Source: an uncultured bacterium (GTDB taxonomy: Bacteria; Chloroflexota; UBA5177; JANWHV01). Taken from it: 64,000 bases of DNA. The position numbers and the translations under genes were made by a program. Positions 50,994 to 62,248 of the stretch are shown here, one piece after another. Location: NCBI GenBank assembly GCA_963827235.1, contig CAWHAE010000008.1, forward strand, positions 160,001 to 224,000, written 5' to 3'. The notes beneath the pieces are model-generated. The model was given only the letters and a program-made list of their open reading frames with translations, was not told where the DNA came from and did not search any database. Within the stretch, counting starts at the first letter, position 1, and every line of letters starts with the position of its first letter.

Positions 50994-52280
50994 CTACGAC
51001 GCGGCGCGCATCTGCTTGACGATCTCCGCGCCGAATGCCGAGCACGACACCTTCGTGGCGCCCGGCATCTGTCGTTCCAGATCATAGGTGACGGTCTTGG
51101 CTGCAATGGTACGCCGCACTCCCTCATAGATCAGGTCGGCGGCGTCTTGCCAGCCGAAGTACTCGAACATCATTGCGCCCGACAGGATCACGGAGCCGGG
51201 GTTGACCATGTCTTTGCCGGCGTACTTCGGCGCCGTCCCGTGTGTGGCCTCGAAGATGGCTGCGCTGTCGCCGATATTCGCTCCCGGTGCCATGCCGAGG
51301 CCACCCGTCTGCGCCGCGCAGGCGTCCGAGAAGTAGTCGCCGTTGAGATTCGGCATGGCCAGCACCGAGTATTCGCTGGGCCGGAGCAAAATCTGCTGGA
51401 ACATGGCGTCTGCAATGCGATCCTTGATCACGACCTTCCCTCTGGACCCCCCGGATCCGACCTCGTCCTCGCGCACTGTGCGATCGCCGAACTCGCGGGC
51501 AGCCAGTGCGTACGCCCAGTCGCGGAAGGCGCCTTCGGTGAACTTCTGGATGTTGCCTTTGTGCACAATGGTGACACTCGGGCGGCAGTGATCGATGGCA
51601 TACTGGACCGCCCGCCTCACGAGTCGCTCCGTACCGAACTTGCTGATCGGCTTGATGCCGACGCCCGAGTCCGGCCTCACTGTCTTGCCCAGTTCATCTC
51701 GCAGAAACGCGATGAGCTTGCCGGCTTCCGGCGAGCCGCTGGCAAACTCGATGCCGGAGTAAACGTCCTCAGTGTTTTCGCGGAATATCACGACGTCGAG
51801 TTTCTCCGGTTCCTTGACGGGGCTAGGTACTCCGTCGAAGTATCGCACTGGGCGGATGCAGGCGTAGAGATCGAAGATCAGGCGCAGAGTCACGTTCAGA
51901 CTGCGGATACCTCCTCCGACCGGCGTAGTCAGAGGGCCCTTGATCGCCACCGCGTACTCGCGCAGGGCCTGCGTCGTCTCTACCGGCAGATACTCTCCGT
52001 AGAGCTCCAGGGCCCGATCGCCGGCGTAGACCTCCATCCAGGAAATGCGGCGGCGACCTCCGGAAGTGGCCTCGGCCGCGGCGTCGAATACCGGTTGGCT
52101 GGCGGCCCAGATGTCTGGACCTATCCCGTCGCCGCGCAGAAAGGGCACGATCGGCGTGTCGCTCACCCGAGGCACGCCGGCATCAAACGTAATCCGATCC
52201 CCGGTTGCAGGCACGGTAACGTGCGTCCAGTTGGTCAACACCGAACCTCGACTTTCAACACTTGCTGTCGCGCGTGCCAC
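50994..52280 (-). CDS. icd: NADP-dependent isocitrate dehydrogenase
   Basis: [42 protein letters not shown]. Confidence 0.96.
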   Translation of the reverse strand: MARATASVESRGSVLTNWTHVTVPATGDRITFDAGVPRVSDTPIVPFLRGDGIGPDIWAASQPVFDAAAEATSGGRRRISWMEVYAGDRALELYGEYLPVETTQALREYAVAIKGPLTTPVGGGIRSLNVTLRLIFDLYACIRPVRYFDGVPSPVKEPEKLDVVIFRENTEDVYSGIEFASGSPEAGKLIAFLRDELGKTVRPDSGVGIKPISKFGTERLVRRAVQYAIDHCRPSVTIVHKGNIQKFTEGAFRDWAYALAAREFGDRTVREDEVGSGGSRGKVVIKDRIADAMFQQILLRPSEYSVLAMPNLNGDYFSDACAAQTGGLGMAPGANIGDSAAIFEATHGTAPKYAGKDMVNPGSVILSGAMMFEYFGWQDAADLIYEGVRRTIAAKTVTYDLERQMPGATKVSCSAFGAEIVKQMRAAS

Positions 52281-52726
52281 CCTGTCGGGCCGCGCGGCAC
52301 CGGCGCGCCTGCGCCGACCGCTTCTCGATCAGAGTATACCTGTGCCGCCGGCCGCTATTTCCCGACGGCCTGAACCTGCCGTGGGCAGGCAATATCGTCG
52401 GCATCGCGTCTGGATCCATTCTCCTCGCACACGTGATCGGGCGCCCGGGTGAAGGCCGGAGAGCGGCGCCGAATTGAGAGCTGCACCTCCCGAGACGGCC
52501 GCTGCCGCAGGTACATCGCGCCGAAGGTCTGGATCAATGGTTACCGATACGCCCAGTTCCGCGTGCGCGGTTGCCGGGCCGCGGAGCGCAGGGCTACACT
52601 TGCAAGGTGGGCCGGTGCTCCTTGGCAGTCCGCCGACCGGGCGTGACCCTCGGCGGCCACCTTCGTCGTTCACGTGCGCGAGGCTGCACGGCTGTTCTGC
52701 AACGGCGTACGGGAAGGAGCTGATCC

Positions 52727-54040
52727 GTGATCAGTGAAGACCTTGGAGGTGTCGCGCGCCTTCTCGAACTCGAAGATCGCCACATGGCGCGGGTGGTGCA
52801 TCGCACGACGGACGTGTTTGTCGAGCGCGGTCAGGGTGCCTACGTCTATACTTCGGCCGGCGAACGCTACCTCGATTTCGTGATGGGTATTGCCTCCGTT
52901 AACACGGGACACTCCCACCCGCGAGTCTTGGCGGCGGCCAAGGCGCAGATCGATCGCATCGTACATCCGTCCGCCAGCGCTGTACGCTACGGACCCAGTA
53001 TTGAGTTGGCCGCCAAGCTGGCCGGCATCACACCGGACGGCCTCGACGTGACGTTCTTTGGCAATAGCGGCGCCGAGGCAGTCGAGGCCGCGTTGAAGCT
53101 GGCCAAGTTCGTTACCGGGAGGCCGGGCGTGATCGCCTTCCAGGGCGGCTTTCACGGTCGCACCATGGGGGCCCTGAGCGTGACGAGCTCCAAAGCGCAC
53201 TACCGCAAGGGCTACGAGCCGCTCATGCCCTCGACGTACTTCGCGCCCTTTCCGAACACCTATCGCCGCCCGTTCGGCGATGACGCCCAGTCGTGTTGCC
53301 GTGGATGCATCGAGTACCTCGAGCGCATGCTGCGGCAGGTGGTCGATCCCGGCAACGTCGCGGCCATGATCATCGAGCCCGTGCAAGGCGAGGGCGGTTA
53401 TGTTCCCGCGCCGACCGAGTTCCTGCGCGAGTTGCGTGCCGTGTGCAGCCGCCACGGTATTATGCTGGTGTTCGACGAGGTGCAGTCCGGATTTGGCCGC
53501 ACGGGCAGGTGGTGGGCCGGCGAGCATCACGGCGTGATCCCCGACGTTCAGGTCATGGCCAAGGGCATCGCCTCTGGGTTTCCACTGAGCGCCATAAGCA
53601 GTACGGCCGTGATCATGGACCGCTGGGTGACCGGTGCGCACGGAACCACGTTCGGCGGCAACCCGGTCTCGTGCGCCGCCGGCTGTGCGACGATCGACGC
53701 CATCTTGGAAGAAGGCATGCTGGAGAACGCGGCCCATATGGGCGCGCGGCTTCGCGACGGTCTGCAGGCCCTCAAAGATCGCTATCCCATGATCGGAGAC
53801 GTACGCGGGCTCGGGCTGATGCTGGCTGTCGAGTTCGTGGAGGCGGACGGCTCCCCGAGCGGACGAATCGCGGAGGACGTACGCGTCGCGGCCCTCGAGC
53901 GGCGGCTGCTGCTGCTGACATGCGGCCCCCAGGAGCACTGTATTCGATTCATCCCGCCGCTGAACGTGCGGGAGAGCGAGCTGGACGAGGGCCTGAACAT
54001 CTTCGGCGAGGCCGTGAGATCGGTGGCGACGCGTCCATAA
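52727..54040 (+). CDS. Class III PLP aminotransferase (4-aminobutyrate transaminase-like)
   Basis: NSGAEAVE, FHGRT, EPVQGEGG, DEVQSGFGRTG, AKG, TFGGNP. Confidence 0.9.
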   Translation: MISEDLGGVARLLELEDRHMARVVHRTTDVFVERGQGAYVYTSAGERYLDFVMGIASVNTGHSHPRVLAAAKAQIDRIVHPSASAVRYGPSIELAAKLAGITPDGLDVTFFGNSGAEAVEAALKLAKFVTGRPGVIAFQGGFHGRTMGALSVTSSKAHYRKGYEPLMPSTYFAPFPNTYRRPFGDDAQSCCRGCIEYLERMLRQVVDPGNVAAMIIEPVQGEGGYVPAPTEFLRELRAVCSRHGIMLVFDEVQSGFGRTGRWWAGEHHGVIPDVQVMAKGIASGFPLSAISSTAVIMDRWVTGAHGTTFGGNPVSCAAGCATIDAILEEGMLENAAHMGARLRDGLQALKDRYPMIGDVRGLGLMLAVEFVEADGSPSGRIAEDVRVAALERRLLLLTCGPQEHCIRFIPPLNVRESELDEGLNIFGEAVRSVATRP

Positions 54041-54120
54041 GGCGGGCTGCTGATGAGCAGTGATACCGTACAATGGTCCAGAGCGCCCTGTATGGCGGGC
54101 GAGGCACGAGGGCGGTTGAG

Positions 54121-57045
54121 ATGGCCAAGCTGCTGCTAATCGACGGGCATGCTCTCCTGTATAGGGCGTTTCACGCCACGTCCGACTCGACCATGAGTAC
54201 GTCGCGCGGCGAGCCCACCAATGCTACATTCGGCTTTGCGAGCATACTTCTGAAAGCGCTGCAGACCGAGGCGCCGACGCACGCTGCCGTCGCATTCGAT
54301 CTGCCTGCACCGACCTTCAGGCACGACCGGTACGCCGAGTACAAGGGACACAGGCCGCCTATGCCCGAGCCTCTCGTATTGCAGGTGACGCGCATTCGGG
54401 AGCTGGTCACGGCCTTCGGTTTCCCGACGTACGAGATGGCCGGGTTCGAGGCGGACGACATCCTCGGGACACTGGCCAAGCAGGCGGCCGCCGCCAGGGT
54501 CGACACCTTGATTCTGTCCGGCGATCTGGACACGTTGCAGCTGGTGGAACCTCACGTCAAGGTTCTTACTCCTGGGCGCGGCCCTGCCACGGTTACGCTC
54601 TACGACGTCGACGCGGTCGAGGCGAGATTTGGACTTCCGCCAAGCCTCATCCCGGACTACAAGGCACTGGTGGGAGACACCTCGGACAACATTCCAGGCG
54701 TGCCGGGCGTGGGAGCTAAGACGGCCTCCAAGCTGCTGGGCGAGTACAGGACGGTCGAGAATCTGTTCGATCACTGCTCCATATTGCCGGAGCGCATGCA
54801 ACGGCTGCTGGTCGGACGGCGCGAGCAGGCCGTCGCCAGCAAGTTCCTCGCCACAATCGTCACGGATGTTCCCATCACGCTCGACATGGCGCTGGCAGAC
54901 CGCTCCGCGTACGACCGTGATTGCGCCTTCAGGCTTTTTACGGAGCTCGAGTTCTTCAGCCTGCTCGATCGCCTGCCGGGTGGGCCGGAGAAGACTGCGC
55001 TCGGCCGGCCGAGTCAGGACCGCCCGGCACCGCTCAACGTCGGGCTGTTCGCGAGCCTCCATCCCGCGGAAGGCGCGGTGGGCCCCGATGCTCTGGTTCC
55101 GCTGACGGAAACCGCGGTGAGCGGCGCTGCGTTGCCCGCCATCGAGCTGGCAATCTCTGCGGAGGCGCCCACGGAACTATCCGCTGAGCAGCCTGGCGCG
55201 TTGGAAGTGGCGCCATCACTTATGCCGACCGAGGCGTTCGTCATCGACACAGATCAGGCCTTCGAGGAGTTGATCAGGCGGCTGCAGGTCCGCCCGGACT
55301 GGGTGATCGACCTGGAGACGACCGGGAAGGATCCGATGCAGGCGGCGCTGGTCGGCATCGCGCTGGCCTGCGATGAGGGCGTGGGCTACTACATCCCGGT
55401 CGGGCATCTGGAAGGCTCGCAGCTTGCCATGCCTCGGGTGCTGGAGGGACTTCGCCCCTGGCTCGAGGATCCTCGTTCCCCGAAGACCGGTCACAACATC
55501 AAGTACGACATGACTGTCCTGGCCACGCATGGCGTGAAGCTCCGCGGCGTCGCGTTCGATACCATGATCGCGGCCTATCTGCTGAGTCCGTCTCAGCGCG
55601 GTCTCGGTCTCAAGGATCAGGCCGCGGTGCGCTTTGGCGTGCAGATGACACCGATCACCGACCTCATCGGCACGGGCAGGGACCAGCGATCTATGGCTGA
55701 GGTCCCTATCCGCGCCGCCGCCGAGTACGCTGCCGCGGATGCGGATCTCACCCTTCGTCTCCGGCACGCATTGGCTCCGGAGCTGCAGCACGTGGATCTG
55801 CTGGACTTGTTTCACCACGTGGAGATGCCGCTCGTGCCGGTATTGGCGGCGATGGAGGCGGAAGGCGTCGACTTGGACGTGGAGTTCCTGCGCACGATGT
55901 CGATGGAGTTGCAACGGGAGTCTGGTCTGATCGAGCGCCAGATCTACGACCTCGTGGGGCATCCGTTCAATATCAACTCGCCGCGCCAGCTCGAAACGGT
56001 CCTGTTCCGCGAGCGAGGCCTGGCGCCGGGCAAGCGCACCGCTACCGGCTACTCGACCGACGCCGATGTGCTCGAGCGACTGCGCGGTAAGGACCCGGTC
56101 GTCGACCTGATCCTGGAGTATCGTCAGCTCACCAAACTCCGATCCACGTACGTGGAGGGGCTGCCCGCGCTACTCAATCCGCGCACCGGACGCGTGCACA
56201 CCAACTTCAATCAGACAATCGCGGCAACCGGACGATTGTCCTCCACCGAGCCGAACCTGCAGAATATCCCGATTCGCACCGAGATCGGCCAGAAGGTTCG
56301 GCGGGCGTTCATCGTGCGGGATCCTGGTGATGTATTACTGGCCGCAGACTACTCGCAAATTGAGCTACGTATAGCCGCCCATCTGTCCCGCGATCCGCGC
56401 CTGATCGAGGCGTTCGAGCGCGGCATCGACGTGCACGTGAACACGGCGTCGCTCGTCTTCGGCGTGCGGGCGGACGAGGTCACGCATGAGATGCGCCGTC
56501 TTGCCAAGACCGTGAACTTTGGCATCATCTACGGCCTCAGTGCATTCGGACTGGCGACCCGCGCCGGTGTCAGCCAGCAGGAAGCGCGCGAGTTCATCGA
56601 CAACTACAATGCGACATACAGCGGGCTGCACGCCTACATGGAGCGGATCAAGGAGGAAGTGACGGAGCGCGGCTTCGTCAGCACCGTCCTCAACAGGCGA
56701 CGGTACCTGCCCGAGGTACACTCGCCGCTTCGCTCGATACGGGAGGAAGCATTGCGCCAAGCAATCAACATGCCTGTGCAGGGTACCGCCGCGGACATGA
56801 TCAAGCTGGCCATGATCCGTCTACACGATCGGCTCGAAGCAGGAAGCCTGCGGGGCCGGATGGTCCTTCAGGTGCATGATGAGCTGTTGCTCCGCGTGCC
56901 GCGAGAGGAACTTGATGAAACGGCCGAGCTTGTGCGCGACACTATGGAGCACGCGCTGCCGCTCATCGTGCCGGTCAAAGTGGATATCGAGTGGGGCTAT
57001 GACTGGTCTGCGCTTCAGCCTATTAACCAGCCCGTGGCTGGGTAG
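54121..57045 (+). CDS. polA: DNA polymerase I
   Basis: LLIDGHALLYRAF, EADD, GDTSDNIPGV, DLETTG, DYSQIELR, QVHDEL. Confidence 0.97.
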   Translation: MAKLLLIDGHALLYRAFHATSDSTMSTSRGEPTNATFGFASILLKALQTEAPTHAAVAFDLPAPTFRHDRYAEYKGHRPPMPEPLVLQVTRIRELVTAFGFPTYEMAGFEADDILGTLAKQAAAARVDTLILSGDLDTLQLVEPHVKVLTPGRGPATVTLYDVDAVEARFGLPPSLIPDYKALVGDTSDNIPGVPGVGAKTASKLLGEYRTVENLFDHCSILPERMQRLLVGRREQAVASKFLATIVTDVPITLDMALADRSAYDRDCAFRLFTELEFFSLLDRLPGGPEKTALGRPSQDRPAPLNVGLFASLHPAEGAVGPDALVPLTETAVSGAALPAIELAISAEAPTELSAEQPGALEVAPSLMPTEAFVIDTDQAFEELIRRLQVRPDWVIDLETTGKDPMQAALVGIALACDEGVGYYIPVGHLEGSQLAMPRVLEGLRPWLEDPRSPKTGHNIKYDMTVLATHGVKLRGVAFDTMIAAYLLSPSQRGLGLKDQAAVRFGVQMTPITDLIGTGRDQRSMAEVPIRAAAEYAAADADLTLRLRHALAPELQHVDLLDLFHHVEMPLVPVLAAMEAEGVDLDVEFLRTMSMELQRESGLIERQIYDLVGHPFNINSPRQLETVLFRERGLAPGKRTATGYSTDADVLERLRGKDPVVDLILEYRQLTKLRSTYVEGLPALLNPRTGRVHTNFNQTIAATGRLSSTEPNLQNIPIRTEIGQKVRRAFIVRDPGDVLLAADYSQIELRIAAHLSRDPRLIEAFERGIDVHVNTASLVFGVRADEVTHEMRRLAKTVNFGIIYGLSAFGLATRAGVSQQEAREFIDNYNATYSGLHAYMERIKEEVTERGFVSTVLNRRRYLPEVHSPLRSIREEALRQAINMPVQGTAADMIKLAMIRLHDRLEAGSLRGRMVLQVHDELLLRVPREELDETAELVRDTMEHALPLIVPVKVDIEWGYDWSALQPINQPVAG

Positions 57046-57054
57046 CAGCTGACC

Positions 57055-58644
57055 GTGCCGGTGCCATCGACTACGCCCGGAGTGCCGAGCGACGACACGC
57101 TTGGAGCAGGTTCGCAGCAGTCTGCCGGATCGACTGCCGCCGCCGATCGCGGTGGATTGCTCGGCAATGCCTGGCTGAACAGGCTGATCCCAGTCGCGTT
57201 GCTGGGAATTCTGGGCGTGTTCTGTGTGTTCGAAGCTCGCCATCTCTACGGCTTTACCTACGTACCATGGCACGGCAAGCTGTGGAGCGACTACGACGAA
57301 GGCGTTTACATCGAATCCGCCTGGCAGCTGAACGCAGGTCGGCACGTGTTCTCCCAGGTATTCAGCTCGCAGCCTCTGCTCTTCCTCGAAGGACTCGCCC
57401 TCACGCTGCGCGTGCAGGGTGCGGATGCCGGGCACGTCTATCCCCTGCTGTGCGGTCTCCTGGCTCTGCTTGGCGTGATCTGGTTGTGTTGGGAGGTGTC
57501 GGGCTGCTGGAGCGCGCTGCTCGCCTGTGCCGTCCTGGCCGTCTCGCCGGGTTTCGTGATCGCGTCGCATGCTATTGAAGCTGAGGCGCCAATGCTGGCT
57601 TTTGGCAGCCTGGCCGCTGCCGCGGCGACACACTATGCACGCCGCGGTGGCAGGACCTGGTTGATGGCGGCGTCCCTTCTGGTTGCAGCGGCGACGTTGT
57701 CAAAGCTGCTGGCCGTGGCGCTCGTCGCGCCCGTGGCTGTGGCGGTTGCCCTGAAATGGTGGCGCCTCGATCATCACCGCCTTGACCGCCGAATTCTCGG
57801 CGACATGCTGTACGCTCTCTTGTGCGGCGTCGTGCCGCTCATGCTGGCCTTCGCGCTGGTCGCTCCAGGCGACCAATGGAGCCAGGTAATCAGCTTCCAC
57901 CTCAAGGCCGCGCAAGTTGCGAAGACCGCCGGGGGCAATGGGAGCGTGTTCAGCCTGTTCCTGGGCTGGGATCCGGGCCTGGTCGCGCTCGCCCTCGCCG
58001 GCGCGGCAGTTGCTGCACTGAGGCGTCTTGGTCTGGCGCTTATTCCGGCCACATGGATAGTAGCCGATCTGGCGACGATGGTCGACTACCAGCCCCTATT
58101 CGTGCACCATCTGACCGTGTTGCTGGCTCCAATGGCCGCCCTGGCCGGACTGATGCTCAGCGTAATTCCCGTGCGCGGTATGGGACCGGCAGCCCGATGG
58201 GCGGCTACCCTCGTGGTCGCGTGCGCGGCGCTTGCTTATCTCATCTGGTTGCCGGACGTGCTGGATCACACGAGACACGCGTTCGTGGCGGTGCAGGCCT
58301 CGAGCGACATGACGCCGAAGCGTAGCACCGCTGCCTGGATTGACGCCCACACGGGGCTGGGCGATACGGTCGTCGTCGACGACCAGACGATCGCCGTGCT
58401 GGCCCATCGCCTCGTGCCGCCGGAGTTGACCGACACCTCGACTATTCGCTGCGTCTCCGGATACCTGCCCTTGTCGACGCTGCGGTCGGCAACACAGGCT
58501 TACCAGGTCAAGGCGGTTGTCCTGACGCGCGCCCTGCTGGCGACGCCGCAGTGCACGCCGTATGTCTCGTGGCTTAAACAACATTACGAGGCGATACACC
58601 TGCCGGCCGGGATCGGCGCCGCTACGGCCTACGTCCGTCCGTGA
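57055..58644 (+). CDS. GT-C fold (ArnT/PMT-like) membrane protein
   Basis: DYDEGVY loop motif after the first TM, many TM helices, extracytoplasmic C-terminal domain. Confidence 0.7.
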   Translation: MPVPSTTPGVPSDDTLGAGSQQSAGSTAAADRGGLLGNAWLNRLIPVALLGILGVFCVFEARHLYGFTYVPWHGKLWSDYDEGVYIESAWQLNAGRHVFSQVFSSQPLLFLEGLALTLRVQGADAGHVYPLLCGLLALLGVIWLCWEVSGCWSALLACAVLAVSPGFVIASHAIEAEAPMLAFGSLAAAAATHYARRGGRTWLMAASLLVAAATLSKLLAVALVAPVAVAVALKWWRLDHHRLDRRILGDMLYALLCGVVPLMLAFALVAPGDQWSQVISFHLKAAQVAKTAGGNGSVFSLFLGWDPGLVALALAGAAVAALRRLGLALIPATWIVADLATMVDYQPLFVHHLTVLLAPMAALAGLMLSVIPVRGMGPAARWAATLVVACAALAYLIWLPDVLDHTRHAFVAVQASSDMTPKRSTAAWIDAHTGLGDTVVVDDQTIAVLAHRLVPPELTDTSTIRCVSGYLPLSTLRSATQAYQVKAVVLTRALLATPQCTPYVSWLKQHYEAIHLPAGIGAATAYVRP

Positions 58645-59105
58645 CGCCCCTGCACCGGTCCGCCTGAGAGGCGGCTGAGCTGGATTCGCGCCGACCATGC
58701 CTGATAGCCGGAGCTGTTGGCGATGGCAGGTACCAGCAACGACGACCCTATCTTTTGGGCTCGGGTGTCCTGGCGGCGCCGTCCGGCGTCCGGAGGCGGT
58801 CTGCATCATAGTGTGCACGTGCCGCGGCTGCGACCCGGCAACGGGAGTCAAGCCCATCCCGCCCGGAGAAGATAGATTGGTGCCGGCGGCACGGGTATTT
58901 CGGGACCAGAGTCCTGGATCTCGGACAGACTCTAGGCTGTTGCGCACGATAGCACTATCAGCACTTGGCGGCAGTGCGGTACAATCCGGCTGGTGGAGTC
59001 ATGTGACGACCTTGCGGTCGTGGCTGCTGCATGTTCGCGAATCTCCCGGCATTGCCGGGCCGGCACGTCACAGACTAAGGGGCGAGAGAACATGGAAGTG
59101 CACAG

Positions 59106-60365
59106 ATGATTCGGGAGGGTGACAACCTCGAGATCGCGGTGATCGAGGGGAACCAGTCCGTGGCTCAACAGTTGATCGGGCTGCTCGCCGCTGCCGGCTG
59201 TTCGCCCCGCGCCCTGTCTCCCGAGCGGCCACTCGCTGCGCCTGCCGGCTGGACCGGTCCTGATGTGCTGTTGGTCGGCCTGGATGCCGATCGCTCACTG
59301 CGCCTCGCGTACGCCCGGAAGGTGCAGAGCTCCTATCCGGCTGCGGTGGTGATCGGCTACACGTCCAACTATACTGCCGACGCGCTGGCCGAGGCGATGA
59401 GCGCCGGGGCGCGGCGAGTGCTACGCTATCCATTCGACATCGTTACTCTGCGGCAGGCCGCGCACGACGTGCGTGAAGAGCTGCGCGTGCTTGCGGGTCC
59501 CATGGCCGTCAGGGCGCCCACGACGCATCTGCCGGCCAGCGCGACGCCGCTGCCGCAGAGCACATCGGACAAGCCTCATCAGGTCGTGGCGCTTTTCAGT
59601 CCAAAGGGTGGCGTCGGCACATCTACCCTCGCGGTGAACCTGGCTCTTGCGCTGCAACTAGCGGGCCACCAGACCGCATTGGTCGACGGCAACATAAGCT
59701 TTGGCAGCCACGAGGTGTTTCTGGAGCTGCAGCCCACGCGGTCCATACTGCAGCTCGTGGGTGAGGCGGAGCAGCTCACGCCCGAATCCGTGGTTGACAC
59801 GCTTATTCGCCACCACACCGGACTGCAGGTGCTGCTTGCCCCGCTCCGGCCGGAAGAAGGAGACAGCGTTCGCGGCGAACAGATGCAGCGCATACTGGGA
59901 ATCTTGAAGCAGCTGTTTGTCTTCACGCTCGTCGACACCTGGCCGAGCTACGACGAGCGCGTACTGGCCGTGCTTGAAGTCGCCGACACGATCCTGGTGC
60001 CAATTGGCCCGGACCTGCCCGCCATGAAGAATCTGAACTCCTTCCTGCGCGTGGTGCGATTGCTCAACTACGACATGCAGAAGATTGTCCCGGTGCTCAT
60101 GCGATCCAATAGCGTGCCGCCTGGCCATCTGAAGGATCTCGAGGCGTTCCTCAAGCAAGAGCTTCGCTGGCGAGTGGTCAGCGACGGCAAGCGGGCGACG
60201 GCGGCGGCAAATACAGGGACGCCGTTCGTGCTTAGTGCCCGTGAGTCGCAGATCAGCCAGAACGTGTTCGATATAGCGCGTTTCTTGGCCGGGGATTCCG
60301 AAGTTGCCGAGGAGCCGGCCAAGCCCAAGAGCCAGACTGCTGCCGGCAGGTTCTGGCGGCGCTGA
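59106..60365 (+). CDS. CpaE/TadZ-like pseudo-receiver plus MinD-like ATPase
   Basis: Receiver-like N-terminus, FSPKGGVGTSTLAVNLA, LVDT, AANTGTPF. Confidence 0.8.
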   Translation: MIREGDNLEIAVIEGNQSVAQQLIGLLAAAGCSPRALSPERPLAAPAGWTGPDVLLVGLDADRSLRLAYARKVQSSYPAAVVIGYTSNYTADALAEAMSAGARRVLRYPFDIVTLRQAAHDVREELRVLAGPMAVRAPTTHLPASATPLPQSTSDKPHQVVALFSPKGGVGTSTLAVNLALALQLAGHQTALVDGNISFGSHEVFLELQPTRSILQLVGEAEQLTPESVVDTLIRHHTGLQVLLAPLRPEEGDSVRGEQMQRILGILKQLFVFTLVDTWPSYDERVLAVLEVADTILVPIGPDLPAMKNLNSFLRVVRLLNYDMQKIVPVLMRSNSVPPGHLKDLEAFLKQELRWRVVSDGKRATAAANTGTPFVLSARESQISQNVFDIARFLAGDSEVAEEPAKPKSQTAAGRFWRR

Positions 60366-60391
60366 TTCCGGTTCTCCCGGCGAGAGGTCGC

Positions 60392-61591
60392 ATGGCAGGT
60401 GCCTCGTCCCTGAAGCTGCAGGCGGGAGAGCACCGTGTCGCGCTGATCCGGCGACACTGGTGGTTTGTCGTGGGCCCATTGTGCTGGCTCATACCCCTGT
60501 TGGCGCTCCTGCCGCTGTACGCCCTCGCCGACTATTGCCTGCCTGGGGCAGGGCTTGCCGCGTACTCAGGCGGGGTTGACGTTGCCATCCTGGTCGTGGC
60601 TGCGCTCCTCGTGCTCAAGTGGCTCGGACGTGACGTCGCCGACTGGCTTGCGACGTGCTGGGTTCTGACGAACATGCGACTGATCGAGCAGCACGGCATG
60701 GCAGGGGTACGCCGTCGCGAGGCGCCGTTACGCAGCGCGCGTCCCTGCGAGGCAGTCCGGGATGGCGCCTTCGCCCGTCTGCTCGACTTTGGCGATCTTG
60801 TGGTCGAGGTGGAAGGGCGTGGCAGCCGCTTCGTGCTCAGCCGGATTAGCCGGCCGCGTGAGCTGGAGGCGGCAGTGCAGCAACTGGCCCTTGAGGCGCA
60901 GGAGGAGCATCGGCGCCTGCACGGATCGGGCGACGAGCGAATCCAGGCCGCTCTGACAAGGCTCTTCCGCGGCGGCAACGGCGAGCATAACTCGCCGACC
61001 ATTGAGCTGGAAGAGATTACTCCATTGACCGTGTCGGCTCAACGCCGCCTCGGCGGCGCTACGATTCTCTACGCCACACGCAGGCACCCGCTTGTCCTGG
61101 TGCGGCGACTTCTGGTCGGGCTCTGTGCGCTCGCCGCGCTCTGGCTGGTAGCCTGGGTCTGGATGTCTCCTGTTCCGCTTGCACGGGCCCTTGGGTTGGC
61201 CGCGGCAGGAACGGCATGGCTGGGCTGGCTCATCCTAGATTGGCGAGCCCGTCTCTATATCGTGACGCCGGAATACGTGGTGAGGCTGCGTGGTCTGTTT
61301 GCGCTGGGCAGAAGCGACCAGGTGATCGACCTGGGTGCCATTCGCGACGTCGTGGCCTGCACGGCGGCAATCAGCGGACGGCTGCTGAACACAGGCTCCC
61401 TGGTCCTGGATCTGCGGGATGCGCCGCCCGTCACGCTACGATCGGTGCCCGATCCGGATCACCTGAAACGCGTGATACACGGTGGCATCGAGGCAGCACA
61501 CGAGCACGCCGTGCTAGCGGAGCAGGAGCATCTTGCGGGCGGGCTGTCCGAGTGGTTCGAGCAGTACCACCGCATGAATGCATCGCCGTAG
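60392..61591 (+). CDS. Membrane protein with two bacterial PH (bPH_2) domains
   Basis: Duplicated RRH..TM..W..(V/T)LTNxR..G..LLDFGDL units. Confidence 0.7.
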   Translation: MAGASSLKLQAGEHRVALIRRHWWFVVGPLCWLIPLLALLPLYALADYCLPGAGLAAYSGGVDVAILVVAALLVLKWLGRDVADWLATCWVLTNMRLIEQHGMAGVRRREAPLRSARPCEAVRDGAFARLLDFGDLVVEVEGRGSRFVLSRISRPRELEAAVQQLALEAQEEHRRLHGSGDERIQAALTRLFRGGNGEHNSPTIELEEITPLTVSAQRRLGGATILYATRRHPLVLVRRLLVGLCALAALWLVAWVWMSPVPLARALGLAAAGTAWLGWLILDWRARLYIVTPEYVVRLRGLFALGRSDQVIDLGAIRDVVACTAAISGRLLNTGSLVLDLRDAPPVTLRSVPDPDHLKRVIHGGIEAAHEHAVLAEQEHLAGGLSEWFEQYHRMNASP

Positions 61592-61603
61592 GCGGCAGTG
61601 CCG

Positions 61604-62173
61604 TCACGATAGCTTGTCCTCATCGTCTGCGATCTTCTTGTAGAGTGCGAAGCGCTGCCCAGCGCCCTCCAGCACGGACAGCTCCAGCTCATCGAACGCG
61701 GCGAACGCGCTCCAAAGAGGTTGTTTGCTGAATTCGGCCAGCTGGTGGATGATCCTGTCCTCGAGATCCCGGTCTCGCTTGCCGATCCAGAGCTGATCGG
61801 CCAGAGCGACGAGAAGGTCCTCCATGGTGACGGATGGATCATCCGCCCACTGACCATGCGTGCGCGCGAAACGAGCGATCCGCTCCGGCAGGCCCTTCTC
61901 CAGCAGAAGGGCCGGTCCGTTGTCCTCGTGCTTGCTCCCGGACCCACTCAGCTCTTCCCGATCGACCGTCTTGCCGGCGTCGTGAAGCGCTGCTCCCAGC
62001 AGCGCGGCGTCGCGGTCGATCGGGAGGTCCGGCCAAGCGACGGCGAGGCCGTCCAGTAGCTCGTAGGTGACCTCGTGGACCAGCGCCAGATGCGCGAGCA
62101 ATCGGGGTGGTGCATGTAGGGTCTCGAGGACCTTCCGCGCTGCGTCCGGCAGCGGTCGTAACGGCTCGATCAT
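61604..62173 (-). CDS. HD-domain phosphohydrolase
   Basis: H...LHDAGK...H...H...AD motif. Confidence 0.8.
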   Translation of the reverse strand: MIEPLRPLPDAARKVLETLHAPPRLLAHLALVHEVTYELLDGLAVAWPDLPIDRDAALLGAALHDAGKTVDREELSGSGSKHEDNGPALLLEKGLPERIARFARTHGQWADDPSVTMEDLLVALADQLWIGKRDRDLEDRIIHQLAEFSKQPLWSAFAAFDELELSVLEGAGQRFALYKKIADDEDKLS

Positions 62174-62248
62174 ACTCGTCTCACGAAACGCATCTCCAGC
62201 GGGCGGTTCCAGCCAACCCTCTACGGCCCAAGCCGGGCGGCCACACCG

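Noticed and set aside
58645-59105. Flp pilin or ncRNA upstream of the cpaE-like gene
   Set aside because: No G|xxxxEY pilin motif in the listed ORFs and no recognisable RNA family. Only a possible TACAAT -10.
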